NCBI GenBank assembly: GCA_043797125.1
Contig: JAZDPX010000038.1
Coordinates: 68,071 to 132,070 of the forward strand
Origin: Candidatus Omnitrophota bacterium
Lineage (GTDB): Bacteria > Omnitrophota > Gorgyraeia > JABMRG01 > JAFGKX01
DNA: 64,000 nucleotides
Direction of reading: 5' to 3'
Shown: one piece after another, positions 1-8,711 of the stretch
Position numbering within the stretch: position 1 is the stretch's first letter
Layout: the number at the start of each line of letters is the position of its first letter
The notes under the pieces: generated by a model
Databases searched by the model: none
Told to the model about the DNA's origin: nothing
What the model saw: the letters and a program-made list of their open reading frames with translations, nothing else
Made by a program: the position numbers and the translations under genes

Positions 1-1300
1 TTGAGTTATTGCGTCACCTTCCAGGCCCAGCCTCTCTGCTTCTTTTTGGGCTTTTTCTTCACCATCTTCAAGAGATTTAATTAAAAGCTTGGCTTGAGAA
101 CCGCCGGTTATTTTAAATTTACCGTTTTCATCTTTCGCTACATAACCCTTTTCAATTTCTACGCGAATTTTTTCAATAAGCTTAATAGGGCGTGTGCTGT
201 CTTCTGAATGAGAATAAACCGAACCGCAAACATCGAATACAATGACACCGTTAGTGCCGTCTCCGGGGGCAATATAATACTCACCCGTAGGAATGTTGGC
301 GTAAACCTGGTCCTTAAGATCGCCTACTTCTTTAACGCCATGCTTGTTTTTAATATCAACCCTAATGTCTGTCCCGTTGGCAGTTGTAATATGAAGAAAC
401 GAGCCCTCTTCAAACAGGCTGTGTATCTTATCCGCTGCCTGGCGCATCTTTACATAATCAGGATTCGCTGTTTGCAGATATATTTCACAAGTCATCCTGG
501 GGCTGTTTACAGCGCTGAATAACGCTTTTTTATGTGAAGCGCTGCGCATTGCCTGAGCCGTTTTCATTGTATTATATATATTATCATGCCCTTTGTTATC
601 CGGTATACCAATAAGCCCGAGGTCTTCTTTGGTAAACGCGAAAACATAAGAAGCCTCATCCGTTAAAACAGCTTTATCTATAAGCTTGGATATAACAGGC
701 TCGGCTTTATCATTATATTTTTTTACAGGCTGGATTATCAAAATAGGCTTTGCTCCTTTTTCGAAAAGCTGTCGGTAATTTGAAATCCCGATATGCAGGC
801 CGTCCTGAAAAGGATTGGTGATAAGAAAAACGTTCTCGCCCCCTTCTATCTTAAAGACATCTTTTACGACTGCGGCTGTGGCATCTTCCATTCCGGGAGG
901 CGAGGCTGCCATTTTTAAGCCTTCGAAGTTTGCTTCTTTTTTACCTTTGTCCCTTAAATCTACACAAACACGTGTGTCGTCTTTAAGCGTTGTAGCTAAA
1001 AATTCCTGTGATTTATCTGTCGCGACTACTATCGTTGCCTCTGCTCCTTTAGCAGTCGCCAAATCATAAGCAGCCATTGCCTGTTCTAAAATTTGCGTAT
1101 CTGCCTGGGCAAGTATAATTACTTTTAAGCCCGGCTCTATGTTCTTTAATTTGTCAAACTCCTTATGTTTCCTTAATGCTTCTTCTGCGCCCTTTAAATT
1201 AACAAAATCTGAAAAAAGGGTTTTACTAAAAGGGTCGATCTTGAGCAGTTCTTTACCTAAGTCTTCTATTTTCTTTTGGACCTCCGGTTACAGAGTCCAT
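1..1300 (-). CDS. M29-family aminopeptidase (AmpS/PepS-like), partial: C-terminus lies beyond window start; start region irregular
   Basis: Minus-strand frame open from ~1270 down to position 1 with no stop. Translation contains ...ILAQADTQILEQAMAAYDLATAKGAEATIVV... and ...NIPTGEYYIAPGDGTNGVIVFDVCGSVYSH..., which resemble the conserved N-terminal and central blocks of AmpS-type M29 aminopeptidases (recalled from memory, not searched). The only ATG (1300-1298) is in a frame offset by 1 nt from the homologous frame. Confidence 0.45.
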
Positions 1301-2469
1301 TCAGGGGTAAAATACTGCCTTATTTTATCTAATCCTTCGGTATTGTTTCCTGACAAAAACATCTCGCCATAGGCTTTAAGGCGCCTGTTGATTAAATCCT
1401 CAAAGTCTCTGAAATAGGCCGCGAATTCCCTTATGAGCAGGTCTTCAACCTCAAAGTAATAACAAGAAAAAGATAATATGTTTTTAATAAATTCTTTATC
1501 TTCATCTTCGTCACTAAGACTTTTCCATAAAGCTTGCACAGCCTTCCTGTAATCTTCATCTGTAAAATAGATAGCGTGGTTTAGCTCATGTTCGCGTACG
1601 AAGCGCGGTTCATATTGCGTTGTGCTTATAACCGCGGCATCGCCATTGGCTTTATATGCTCCATTTTCGTAAATAAGATATTTGGATGCCAACAGCTCAT
1701 CCCTGATTCTTATCTCCATCATATTTAATACAATGCTTTGTTCAGCCTCGGTGAAAAACCTCGCTATATCTTTTAATGTATAATCATGCCCGCCAAAACC
1801 TGTCCATTTACGTTGACTTATTGTCTTTGACAGCTCTTCATCCGAATCAACCGGGCCAGGTTTAATCTCCACAAAGATTGCCAGCCTATCAAGTGCCAGG
1901 CCCTGTGTGAGCCTGTCGGCGAATATAAAATATAATATAGGTTTATTTTTGTATTGGGTAACCAAATAAGGTATGTCTTGGTCTAATTTTATTTTCTCTG
2001 TCTCGTCAAGGGAGTTAAAACTAATTACTTTATCATAGCGGATTTGAGGCAGGTATTGCAAAAGTGTCGATTTTAATTTGCCGAGTTGTATATCTCTAGC
2101 TTCTAAATATTCAAAAAAACCTTCTTTTTCAATCATCCTCCTGGTCTTGCCAACGTCGGTTGTGGTATATACAATCCATTCGTTATCCAGCTCTTCTATC
2201 TGCATAAATTTTTCTATTGCCTTGATAATCTCCTGCTTTTGTGAGGGTGTTAAATCGCGATATACAGACAGCAGGTTTTGGCATGCCTGATAATATTTTT
2301 CGTGCGCAGTATCCCTCGGAAGGCCCCAATCTTTTACGTTGTCCAGATTCAAAAATGGAAGGAATTCTCTGTAGATAAAATCCTTCGTTGCCGCCATCGG
2401 CCGCAAACAAAGCGCCTGATTTGGCAGCATCAATATAATCGCTATTATTATTGCTACTATACTTTTCAT
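1288..2469 (-). CDS. secreted hypothetical protein with HExxH (zinc-metalloprotease-like) motif and N-terminal signal peptide
   Basis: 393-aa ORF. Hydrophobic N-terminus MKSIVAIIIAIILMLPNQALC followed by LRPMA. HELNH motif (REHELNHAIYF). GGAG SD at 2470-2476. Confidence 0.55.
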   Translation of the reverse strand: MKSIVAIIIAIILMLPNQALCLRPMAATKDFIYREFLPFLNLDNVKDWGLPRDTAHEKYYQACQNLLSVYRDLTPSQKQEIIKAIEKFMQIEELDNEWIVYTTTDVGKTRRMIEKEGFFEYLEARDIQLGKLKSTLLQYLPQIRYDKVISFNSLDETEKIKLDQDIPYLVTQYKNKPILYFIFADRLTQGLALDRLAIFVEIKPGPVDSDEELSKTISQRKWTGFGGHDYTLKDIARFFTEAEQSIVLNMMEIRIRDELLASKYLIYENGAYKANGDAAVISTTQYEPRFVREHELNHAIYFTDEDYRKAVQALWKSLSDEDEDKEFIKNILSFSCYYFEVEDLLIREFAAYFRDFEDLINRRLKAYGEMFLSGNNTEGLDKIRQYFTPEWTL

Positions 2470-2476
2470 TTTCTCC

Positions 2477-2508
2477 TATCGACCATAGACCATCGACTAT
2501 TGACTATC
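2477..2508 (-). promoter_or_regulatory. shared 5'-UTR motif (CTATCGACYATAGACCATCGACTAT), copy upstream of HExxH-protein gene
   Basis: 25/26 identity with 58351-58376 upstream of mfd. Contains direct repeats of TCGACTAT. Confidence 0.4.
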
Positions 2509-2883
2509 TTTTAATCGCCATTAATTAAATGTTTTAATTTAGCCCAAAATAATAAGTCCCCGAATGTAGAACTTCGTAATAGTCTACCTTCGGGGGCCCT
2601 TTTCATCAATAATTATTATCGTTAGTATTATAGCATGGCACTAAAAGGATTTCAAGGAAATTCTCTGGGAGGATTTGTGCTGTTGCCCCGTACCAGTCGC
2701 TCGCCCTAAACCCTACGTGGTTTAGGGCTTCGCTCCGGTACGGGGCACTCACCACTCACCAAAAATTCTGATGCTGCGCACTGAACCTGAGCAAATCGAA
2801 TGGTTCAATGGCCGTGCCACGAACCCGAACCCCGAACCTGAGCCCCGATACTTTAGGACGAATGGTTCGGGGTGAGTGGTTCG

Positions 2884-2959
2884 TGGAGCCGGCGAAGGGA
2901 ATTGAACCCCCGACCCGCAGTTTACAAAACTGCCGCTCTACCAACTGAGCTACGCCGGC
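2884..2959 (-). tRNA. tRNA-Thr (anticodon UGU)
   Basis: Reverse complement GCCGGCGTAGCTCAGTTGGTAGAGCGGCAGTTTTGTAAACTGCGGGTCGGGGGTTCAATTCCCTTCGCCGGCTCCA. Cloverleaf with 7-bp acceptor, GTTCAATTC T-loop, anticodon loop TTTGTAA (TGT), encoded CCA. Confidence 0.8.
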
Positions 2960-2973
2960 AAATTTTCTTCAGC

Positions 2974-3867
2974 TTACTTTCTGTAAAATTTGTCCCGAGC
3001 CCCGATACTTCGGGGCGAGGGACTACTTTTTTTCATTGCTTCCGGAAGCTTTTGCAGCATATCCCCTGCAATCATAGACGCCTGGCCTAAGTCTTTCGCA
3101 GCCAAATCACCCGCAAGGCCATGAATATAAACGCCGAGTTTCGCAGCCTCAAAAGCAGAGGTGCCTTGCACTAAAAAAGAACCTATCACGCCTGATAATA
3201 CATCGCCTGAACCTGCTGTTGCCATGCCGGGATTGCCTGTTTTATTTATGTACGTCTTTTTCTTTGGCGCGGCAACTATCGTTTTGTGCCCTTTAAGCAC
3301 AAGAACGACATTATATTTTGTCGCGAATGCTTTTGCAACTGTTTTTCTTTGTTTTTGTACATCAGAGGCTTCAGTATCAATTAATCTTGCCATCTCGCCG
3401 GGATGCGGAGTCATTATAACAGGGGCTTTAATTTTTTCAAGCGCGTCCGATTTACCTGCAATAGCATTTAACCCGTCAGCATCCAACACAATAGGTATCT
3501 TTATCTTAGGCAATAAGCTTAAAATTAATTTTCTTGTATCCTTATTTCTCGAAATGCCCGGACCGATCACCACAGCGTCCTTACCTTTTAGAAGCTTTAA
3601 AATATCGGGCAATGCGCTGCTTGCAATTGATTTTTCTTTTGTCTGGGGTAATGGCTTTGTCATGACCTCGCTTAATTTCACCTGAGCAATCTTATTCTGA
3701 CTTTTCGGTAAAGCAAGTGTCACCAAGCCGCACCCGGAACGCAGCGCCGCTTCAGAAGTAAGGCACGCGGCTCCGCACATGCCTTCTGAGCCTGCCACAA
3801 CCAAAAGATGCCCGTAATCGCCTTTATTGGTATTTGCTTTTCTTTTTTTTGAAAGAACGGTATTCAT
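2974..3867 (-). CDS. nnrD: ADP-dependent (S)-NAD(P)H-hydrate dehydratase (YjeF C-terminal domain carbohydrate-kinase family)
   Basis: KGDYGHLLVVAGSEGMCGAACL and later GSGDVLSG motifs typical of YjeF_C. The C-terminal 12 residues are encoded by a GC-rich hairpin repeat (2994-3021). Confidence 0.8.
   Translation of the reverse strand: MNTVLSKKRKANTNKGDYGHLLVVAGSEGMCGAACLTSEAALRSGCGLVTLALPKSQNKIAQVKLSEVMTKPLPQTKEKSIASSALPDILKLLKGKDAVVIGPGISRNKDTRKLILSLLPKIKIPIVLDADGLNAIAGKSDALEKIKAPVIMTPHPGEMARLIDTEASDVQKQRKTVAKAFATKYNVVLVLKGHKTIVAAPKKKTYINKTGNPGMATAGSGDVLSGVIGSFLVQGTSAFEAAKLGVYIHGLAGDLAAKDLGQASMIAGDMLQKLPEAMKKSSPSPRSIGARDKFYRK
2994..3021. repeat. GC-rich hairpin repeat CCCGAGCCCCGATACTTCGGGGCGAGGG (REP-like family)
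   Basis: Near-identical copy at 12745-12772. Related variants at 7843-7868 (cccgaccccgaaacttcgggggaggg), 2833-2869 and in the 3880-3960 cluster. Confidence 0.55.
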
Positions 3868-4325
3868 TTAGAATTCGCCGCCGGCCCCTCGGCTCCACTC
3901 GGGGTCCCTCGGCGAGGGGTCCCGAGCTTGCCGAGGGAGAGGCGGCTCCTACCAACAAGTATGGCGCTCGCAACTGCATATGTTCTTGCGTGCGATAAGC
4001 TTACCGCGATATCAACAACGCCCATTTTATCTTTCATCTTTTTGACATTACCGTATACCTTAACAACAGGTTTCCCCGATTCTTCGTTCCAGATCTCGAC
4101 ATCTGTCCATTCCACGCGTTTATTCCAGCCGTTTCCAAAGGCCTTAAGCACCGCTTCCTTGGCCGCAAACCTGGCTGCGAGGTGCTGATAAGAATGGGGC
4201 TTTTCTTTTGAATACGCGATTTCGTTATCTGTAAAGACTCTTTTTAAAAATTTATCTTTCCATTTTATTACGGCTTTTTTTAGCCTTGGTATTTCAACTA
4301 TGTCTACGCCTGTGCCTATTATCAT
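3864..4325 (-). CDS. acpS: holo-[acyl-carrier-protein] synthase (4'-phosphopantetheinyl transferase)
   Basis: N-terminus MIIGTGVDIVEIPRLKK... matches the AcpS signature (IGxGxDIVEI). ATGA overlap with nnrD. pdxJ-acpS adjacency as in E. coli. C-terminal tail reads into GC-rich repeat 3880-3960. Confidence 0.8.
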   Translation of the reverse strand: MIIGTGVDIVEIPRLKKAVIKWKDKFLKRVFTDNEIAYSKEKPHSYQHLAARFAAKEAVLKAFGNGWNKRVEWTDVEIWNEESGKPVVKVYGNVKKMKDKMGVVDIAVSLSHARTYAVASAILVGRSRLSLGKLGTPRRGTPSGAEGPAANSK

Positions 4326-4369
4326 GTCGTTGTTTTCGTAACAGTTCAGCTTTTGTAAGTATCTCGACT

Positions 4370-4405
4370 CGGACGTAGCGCAGGCTTAAGCCTGCGCTAC
4401 GTCGG
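4370..4405. repeat. GTAGCGCAGGCTTAAGCCTGCGCTAC perfect palindrome (copy 1), downstream of pdxJ
   Basis: 26-bp perfect palindrome with AflII-like CTTAAG centre, extended to ~35 bp. Identical core at 10676-10701. Confidence 0.6.
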
Positions 4406-4445
4406 GAGGACTATTATCATATATGTATTGAGTATTGAGTATTAT

Positions 4446-5204
4446 TTACTCAATCAACTTCCTCATTTTTGTGACCGCTTCATCTAGCCCTGTAAATACC
4501 GCTCTGGCAATAATAGAAAACCCTATGTTTAATTCTTCCACGCCTGGTATTTTTGCTATCGGGCCGACATTATCATAATCAAGCCCGTGGCCTGCGTTTA
4601 CCTTTAATCCTAAACACTTCGCATATCTAACAGCTTCTTTTATTTTTTTAAGTTCTTTATTTTTTTCATGCGCTGTATTTACATTTGCATAAGCGCCGGT
4701 GTGCAGTTCAACGAAAGGGACGTTTACATCCTTTGACGCGTCTATCTGCCTTTTATCGGGATCGATAAACAGGCTTACAAATACGCCTTTCTCCAGAAGC
4801 CTGTCTGTGGCCTTGCGTATTTTATCCTTATATCTTACGACATCCAAGCCGCCTTCTGTTGTAAGCTCTTTTCTTTTTTCAGGAACAAGGGTTGCTTCGT
4901 CAGGCCTGATCTTAAGAGCTATTTTTACGATTTCTTCTATTGTCGACATCTCAAGGTTGAATTTCGTCTTTACAGTTTTTCTTAAAATATAGACATCCTT
5001 ATCCTGGATGTGCCTTCTGTCCTGCCTTAAGTGACAGACTATAGAATCAGCTCCTGCTTTTTCACAGATATAAGCAGCCTTGACAGGGTCCGGAAGAATA
5101 GTTTTTCTTGCCTGCCTTATCGTGGCAACATGGTCTATGTTGACACCAAGCTTAGGCATTAATTTCCTCTTTTGCGATATTGGCCATGGCTTGCGCCATC
5201 TCAT
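4446..5204 (-). CDS. pdxJ: pyridoxine 5'-phosphate synthase
   Basis: LGVNIDHVATIRQAR, HLRQDRRHI, GHGL motifs of PdxJ TIM barrel. Likely true start at internal MPKLGVNID (~5159). Confidence 0.85.
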   Translation of the reverse strand: MRWRKPWPISQKRKLMPKLGVNIDHVATIRQARKTILPDPVKAAYICEKAGADSIVCHLRQDRRHIQDKDVYILRKTVKTKFNLEMSTIEEIVKIALKIRPDEATLVPEKRKELTTEGGLDVVRYKDKIRKATDRLLEKGVFVSLFIDPDKRQIDASKDVNVPFVELHTGAYANVNTAHEKNKELKKIKEAVRYAKCLGLKVNAGHGLDYDNVGPIAKIPGVEELNIGFSIIARAVFTGLDEAVTKMRKLIE

Positions 5205-6531
5205 TTATCTGAATCTGGTCCTGGCCTTCAATCATTATTCTCAATTTATTGCTTTCAGTGCCGGAATAGCGCACATAAACCCTGCCCTGCTGGCCTAATT
5301 TTTCTTCTCCCTTGCATATGGCCTTGCTTAATTTAGGAAGCTCTGCTAAAGGCTTTTTCACTTTCACGTCAATGCTGATAAGTATCTGAGGAAATTTATA
5401 CATACATCTTGCCAGTTTGCTTAAGGGCTGGCCGGTTTCAGACATAATCTTTAATATTAAAAGCGCGGTTAGAATACCGTCGCCTGTAGTTGTATAATCG
5501 AGCGGTATAATATGCCCGGATTGTTCTCCGCCGAGATTTAATTTAGAGGAAAGCATCCTCTCTAAAACCAGTTTGTCGCCGACTTCGGTCTTTATCAACT
5601 TTCCGCCCCACTGACTCACGCACATGTCCAGGCCTATATTGCTCATATGCGTTGCGACAATGCTGTTTTTATTTAACAAGCCCTTATCCTTTAAATAATT
5701 GCCTATTATCGCAAGCTGAAAATCACCGTCTATGACTTTGCCGTTTTCATCGCAACAAATAACCCTGTCCGCATCGCCGTCAAAAGAAAAACCGCAATTA
5801 GCGCTGTTGGCTATAACTGCCTTTGATGTAACCTGCGGATGCAGCGCGCCGCATGCATTATTGATATTGTCGCTGTCAACGGTTGCGTTCAGGCACACAA
5901 GTTGCTTTGTAAGTAATGAAAATAAATCAGGCGCAATCATGCTCGCTGCGCCATATGCGCAATCTATAACTACTTTGTATTTTGAAATATCGCATCCTGC
6001 GGCAATTGTCTGTAAAAAGGCAATGTAGATCTTTTTAGCATCAGCCAGTTCGGATTTTCCGGCTGCTATTTCCGCGGCTTGCGGCTGGCTCTGCCCATCC
6101 TGCTGCAGCATGACTTCTTCGAACAATATCTTTTCAATCTCTAACTCTTCCTTCGCAAAAAGTTTGTACCCTTTATGCGAGAAAAATTTTAAGCCGTTAT
6201 CAGTTACCGCATTATGCGACGCTGATATCACAATGCCTAAATCATGATTGTAATCCCTGACCAAATACGCAAGTGAGGCGCTAGGCATAACACCTAAATT
6301 TACAACATCGACGCCGCGCGATGTTATACCTTTTGTCAACGCGTCCGCCAGGACGGTCCCGGAATCGCGCGTGTCCCTAATAATGGAAACTTTCTGCCTT
6401 TTTCTTTTATGCGGATTCAGGCGCGATACATAAATGCCTATTGCAAGAGCGATTTTTTGCACCATATCCTCTGTTAAGGGATAAGCCCCTACCCTTGCCC
6501 TTATTCCGTCGGTGCCGAATAATTTTTGCAT
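5152..6531 (-). CDS. glmM: phosphoglucosamine mutase
   Basis: FGTDGIRA N-terminus, SASHNA active-site serine loop, alpha-D-phosphohexomutase architecture. Sits in the glmM-cdaR-cdaA operon position. Confidence 0.9.
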   Translation of the reverse strand: MQKLFGTDGIRARVGAYPLTEDMVQKIALAIGIYVSRLNPHKRKRQKVSIIRDTRDSGTVLADALTKGITSRGVDVVNLGVMPSASLAYLVRDYNHDLGIVISASHNAVTDNGLKFFSHKGYKLFAKEELEIEKILFEEVMLQQDGQSQPQAAEIAAGKSELADAKKIYIAFLQTIAAGCDISKYKVVIDCAYGAASMIAPDLFSLLTKQLVCLNATVDSDNINNACGALHPQVTSKAVIANSANCGFSFDGDADRVICCDENGKVIDGDFQLAIIGNYLKDKGLLNKNSIVATHMSNIGLDMCVSQWGGKLIKTEVGDKLVLERMLSSKLNLGGEQSGHIIPLDYTTTGDGILTALLILKIMSETGQPLSKLARCMYKFPQILISIDVKVKKPLAELPKLSKAICKGEEKLGQQGRVYVRYSGTESNKLRIMIEGQDQIQINEMAQAMANIAKEEINA

Positions 6532-6533
6532 AT

Positions 6534-6983
6534 TTACCTGTGCCTCTTTCTGATAATCGGTACTTCCACGCGAAACTTTTGTTCGATGTTTATGTCTATG
6601 CCTTCTATCTCCTTGATCATAACATTTCTTCTGATATCCTTTGTCGCCTTGTCAACGGAAATAGGCTCGGTAGTGATAAAAGAAACAGCCTCTATTTTAT
6701 CAAGAGGGCCTGATGCAACACAATCCAAAGGCGAAATCCTTATCCTGTCTATTGCAACCGTATACCTATCGTTAGGAGTACCGACAAGATTAACGTGCAC
6801 AGGAAGCCTTTTTACTATCACGTTTTCGCCGCGCAGCTTCACAACTGCCTGCGAACTTTTTTGCCAGTCTGGGACGCTACTGTATAGCACGTTTGCGATA
6901 TATGCCCATGTAAAAACAGCGAGAAACAAAGCTGTGATTTTTAAAAATGCATTATGAACAATTGCCGAATAAAATGTTCTCAT
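6534..6983 (-). CDS. cdaR: membrane-anchored YbbR-like protein, probable minimal CdaR (diadenylate cyclase regulator)
   Basis: 149 aa with N-terminal TM helix then a single beta-rich domain. Located between cdaA and glmM, the canonical cdaR position. Overlaps cdaA stop by 4 nt. Confidence 0.5.
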   Translation of the reverse strand: MRTFYSAIVHNAFLKITALFLAVFTWAYIANVLYSSVPDWQKSSQAVVKLRGENVIVKRLPVHVNLVGTPNDRYTVAIDRIRISPLDCVASGPLDKIEAVSFITTEPISVDKATKDIRRNVMIKEIEGIDINIEQKFRVEVPIIRKRHR

Positions 6984-7813
6984 TTGGCTGCCCTTCTGCC
7001 TAAGAGCCTTAAAAGGCTTTTTCTGGACTGCATTGGTTTGGGGCTGCAGAGATTTCTCAGCATCTTCTCTAAATTAGCCCAGTCGAGGTCCTGAGTCAAT
7101 TTGCCGTCTACAGCAACAGAGACCGAACCAGTCTCCTCAGAAACTACTACAACTACAGCGTCTCTTTCTTCGGTAAGTCCTATTGCTGCCCTGTGCCTGG
7201 TGCCTAGCCTTTTGCTTACATGAGGATTATCTGTTAGCGGAAAAAGGCATCCGGCTGCCAGGACCCTCTCGCCTCTTATTACCACGCCGCCGTCGTGTAA
7301 AGGCGTATTAGGCATAAAAATAGTATTAAGAATCTCAGCCGTTACCTGGGCATCGAGGCTAATCCCGCTTTCAATATACACGCGTAAAGACGCGTCTCTT
7401 TCTATAGCCATTATCGCGCCTATTTTCTTTTTAGAAAGCAGGCTCGCTGCATTGACGATCTCTTCAATAATATGCTGCTCCAGCACGGCAAGGCTAAACA
7501 TCCCTTTTTGGCCGATGCTGGCCAGGCCCTGGCGCATTTCCGGCTGGAATAAAATAATCAACGCTATTACGATAAGGCCGAAAAAGCGTTCAATCATCCA
7601 GTTAAGAGTGTAAAACCCCAATTTTTGAGTAACAAAAAATGCGGACACAGAAACAACTAAGATGATTATTGTCAAACCCTTTAACACCTGAAACGCGCGG
7701 GTCCCTTTTAAAAATAGAAGCATAAGATAGAATAAATACCACAAAAGCAGTATTTCAACTATCGGTTTCCATACGCTTGCAAGATAATCTAAAATTTCCA
7801 TAATGACCTCCAA
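6980..7813 (-). CDS. cdaA: diadenylate cyclase (c-di-AMP synthase), membrane-bound CdaA type
   Basis: Three N-terminal TM helices, then a DAC domain with HDGGVVI, GTRHRAA and SEETG motifs. Confidence 0.85.
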   Translation of the reverse strand: MEVIMEILDYLASVWKPIVEILLLWYLFYLMLLFLKGTRAFQVLKGLTIIILVVSVSAFFVTQKLGFYTLNWMIERFFGLIVIALIILFQPEMRQGLASIGQKGMFSLAVLEQHIIEEIVNAASLLSKKKIGAIMAIERDASLRVYIESGISLDAQVTAEILNTIFMPNTPLHDGGVVIRGERVLAAGCLFPLTDNPHVSKRLGTRHRAAIGLTEERDAVVVVVSEETGSVSVAVDGKLTQDLDWANLEKMLRNLCSPKPMQSRKSLLRLLGRRAAK

Positions 7814-7868
7814 TCCGCCTAGCTAAGATTATGCCGGATTGACCCGACCCCGAAACTTCGGGGGAGGG

Positions 7869-8711
7869 TTATGAACTTATAATACTGTAAACCATATCCC
7901 TGGTCCAGACGCCTTCCATAACGTCGTGTACTCTAATTATGTCTGCGCCGTTTTGAATCGCTATTGCATTGCACGCAGCTGTCGGGATAAGCCTTTTTCC
8001 CACATCTAAATTTAATGTCTTTCCTATAAATGACTTTCTGGATAATCCTATCAACAGCGGAAACTTAAGTTTTTTAAACTCGGCAATATTATTAATCAGT
8101 TTTAGGTTGTGTTTAACTGTTTTGCCAAAGCCAATGCCAGGGTCAATTATTATGCTGGACTTATTTATACCTGCTGCCTGCGCAGCCTCAATTCCTTGCT
8201 TTAACTTGCGCTTAACTTCAGAAATTAAGTTAGTATACCTTGGCGCATTTTGCATAGTCTGCGGCGTGCCTTTCATATGCATTATGATGACTGCCGCGTT
8301 ATAGGATGAAATTATATGACCTGTTCTTTTGTCATGCAAAAGGCCCGTAATATCATTGATAATTGAAGCGCCGGCTGCAAGCGCTTGTTTAGCAACCTCG
8401 GGCTTTCTTGTATCAACAGATATCGGGATCTTAAGCCGCGTTTGGAGCTTTTTTACCAAAGGAATAACCCTTCGCAGCTCCTCGGTTACGCTTATCTGCG
8501 CGGCTCCCGGACGGGTGGACTCGCCTCCTATGTCAATTATATCAGCGCCCTCACATTGCATTTTTAAGGCCCTGTTATATGCGGCCCGGATATTAAAATA
8601 TTCTCCCCCGTCGGAAAAAGAATCGGGAGTTACGTTCAGCACTCCCGCCACCAAAGCCTTTTTACAAAGAGCGAGTTTAAATTTCCTGCAAACCAGGTAC
8701 TTATTGCGCAT
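7869..8711 (-). CDS. folP: dihydropteroate synthase
   Basis: GVLNVTPDSFSDGG and DIGGESTRPGA pterin-binding motifs. Confidence 0.85.
   Translation of the reverse strand: MRNKYLVCRKFKLALCKKALVAGVLNVTPDSFSDGGEYFNIRAAYNRALKMQCEGADIIDIGGESTRPGAAQISVTEELRRVIPLVKKLQTRLKIPISVDTRKPEVAKQALAAGASIINDITGLLHDKRTGHIISSYNAAVIIMHMKGTPQTMQNAPRYTNLISEVKRKLKQGIEAAQAAGINKSSIIIDPGIGFGKTVKHNLKLINNIAEFKKLKFPLLIGLSRKSFIGKTLNLDVGKRLIPTAACNAIAIQNGADIIRVHDVMEGVWTRDMVYSIISS

Noticed and set aside
1288-1300. Stop-codon read-through fusing the HExxH protein to the aminopeptidase (same frame after TAA)
   Set aside because: No precedent for TAA reassignment in bacteria. The two proteins are unrelated in function and localisation. 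A 1-nt homopolymer shift explains the frames more simply.
2756-3090. Short ORFs 2756-2944 (-) and 2872-3090 (+)
   Set aside because: They overlap tRNA-Thr and the GC-rich hairpins. No coding signal.
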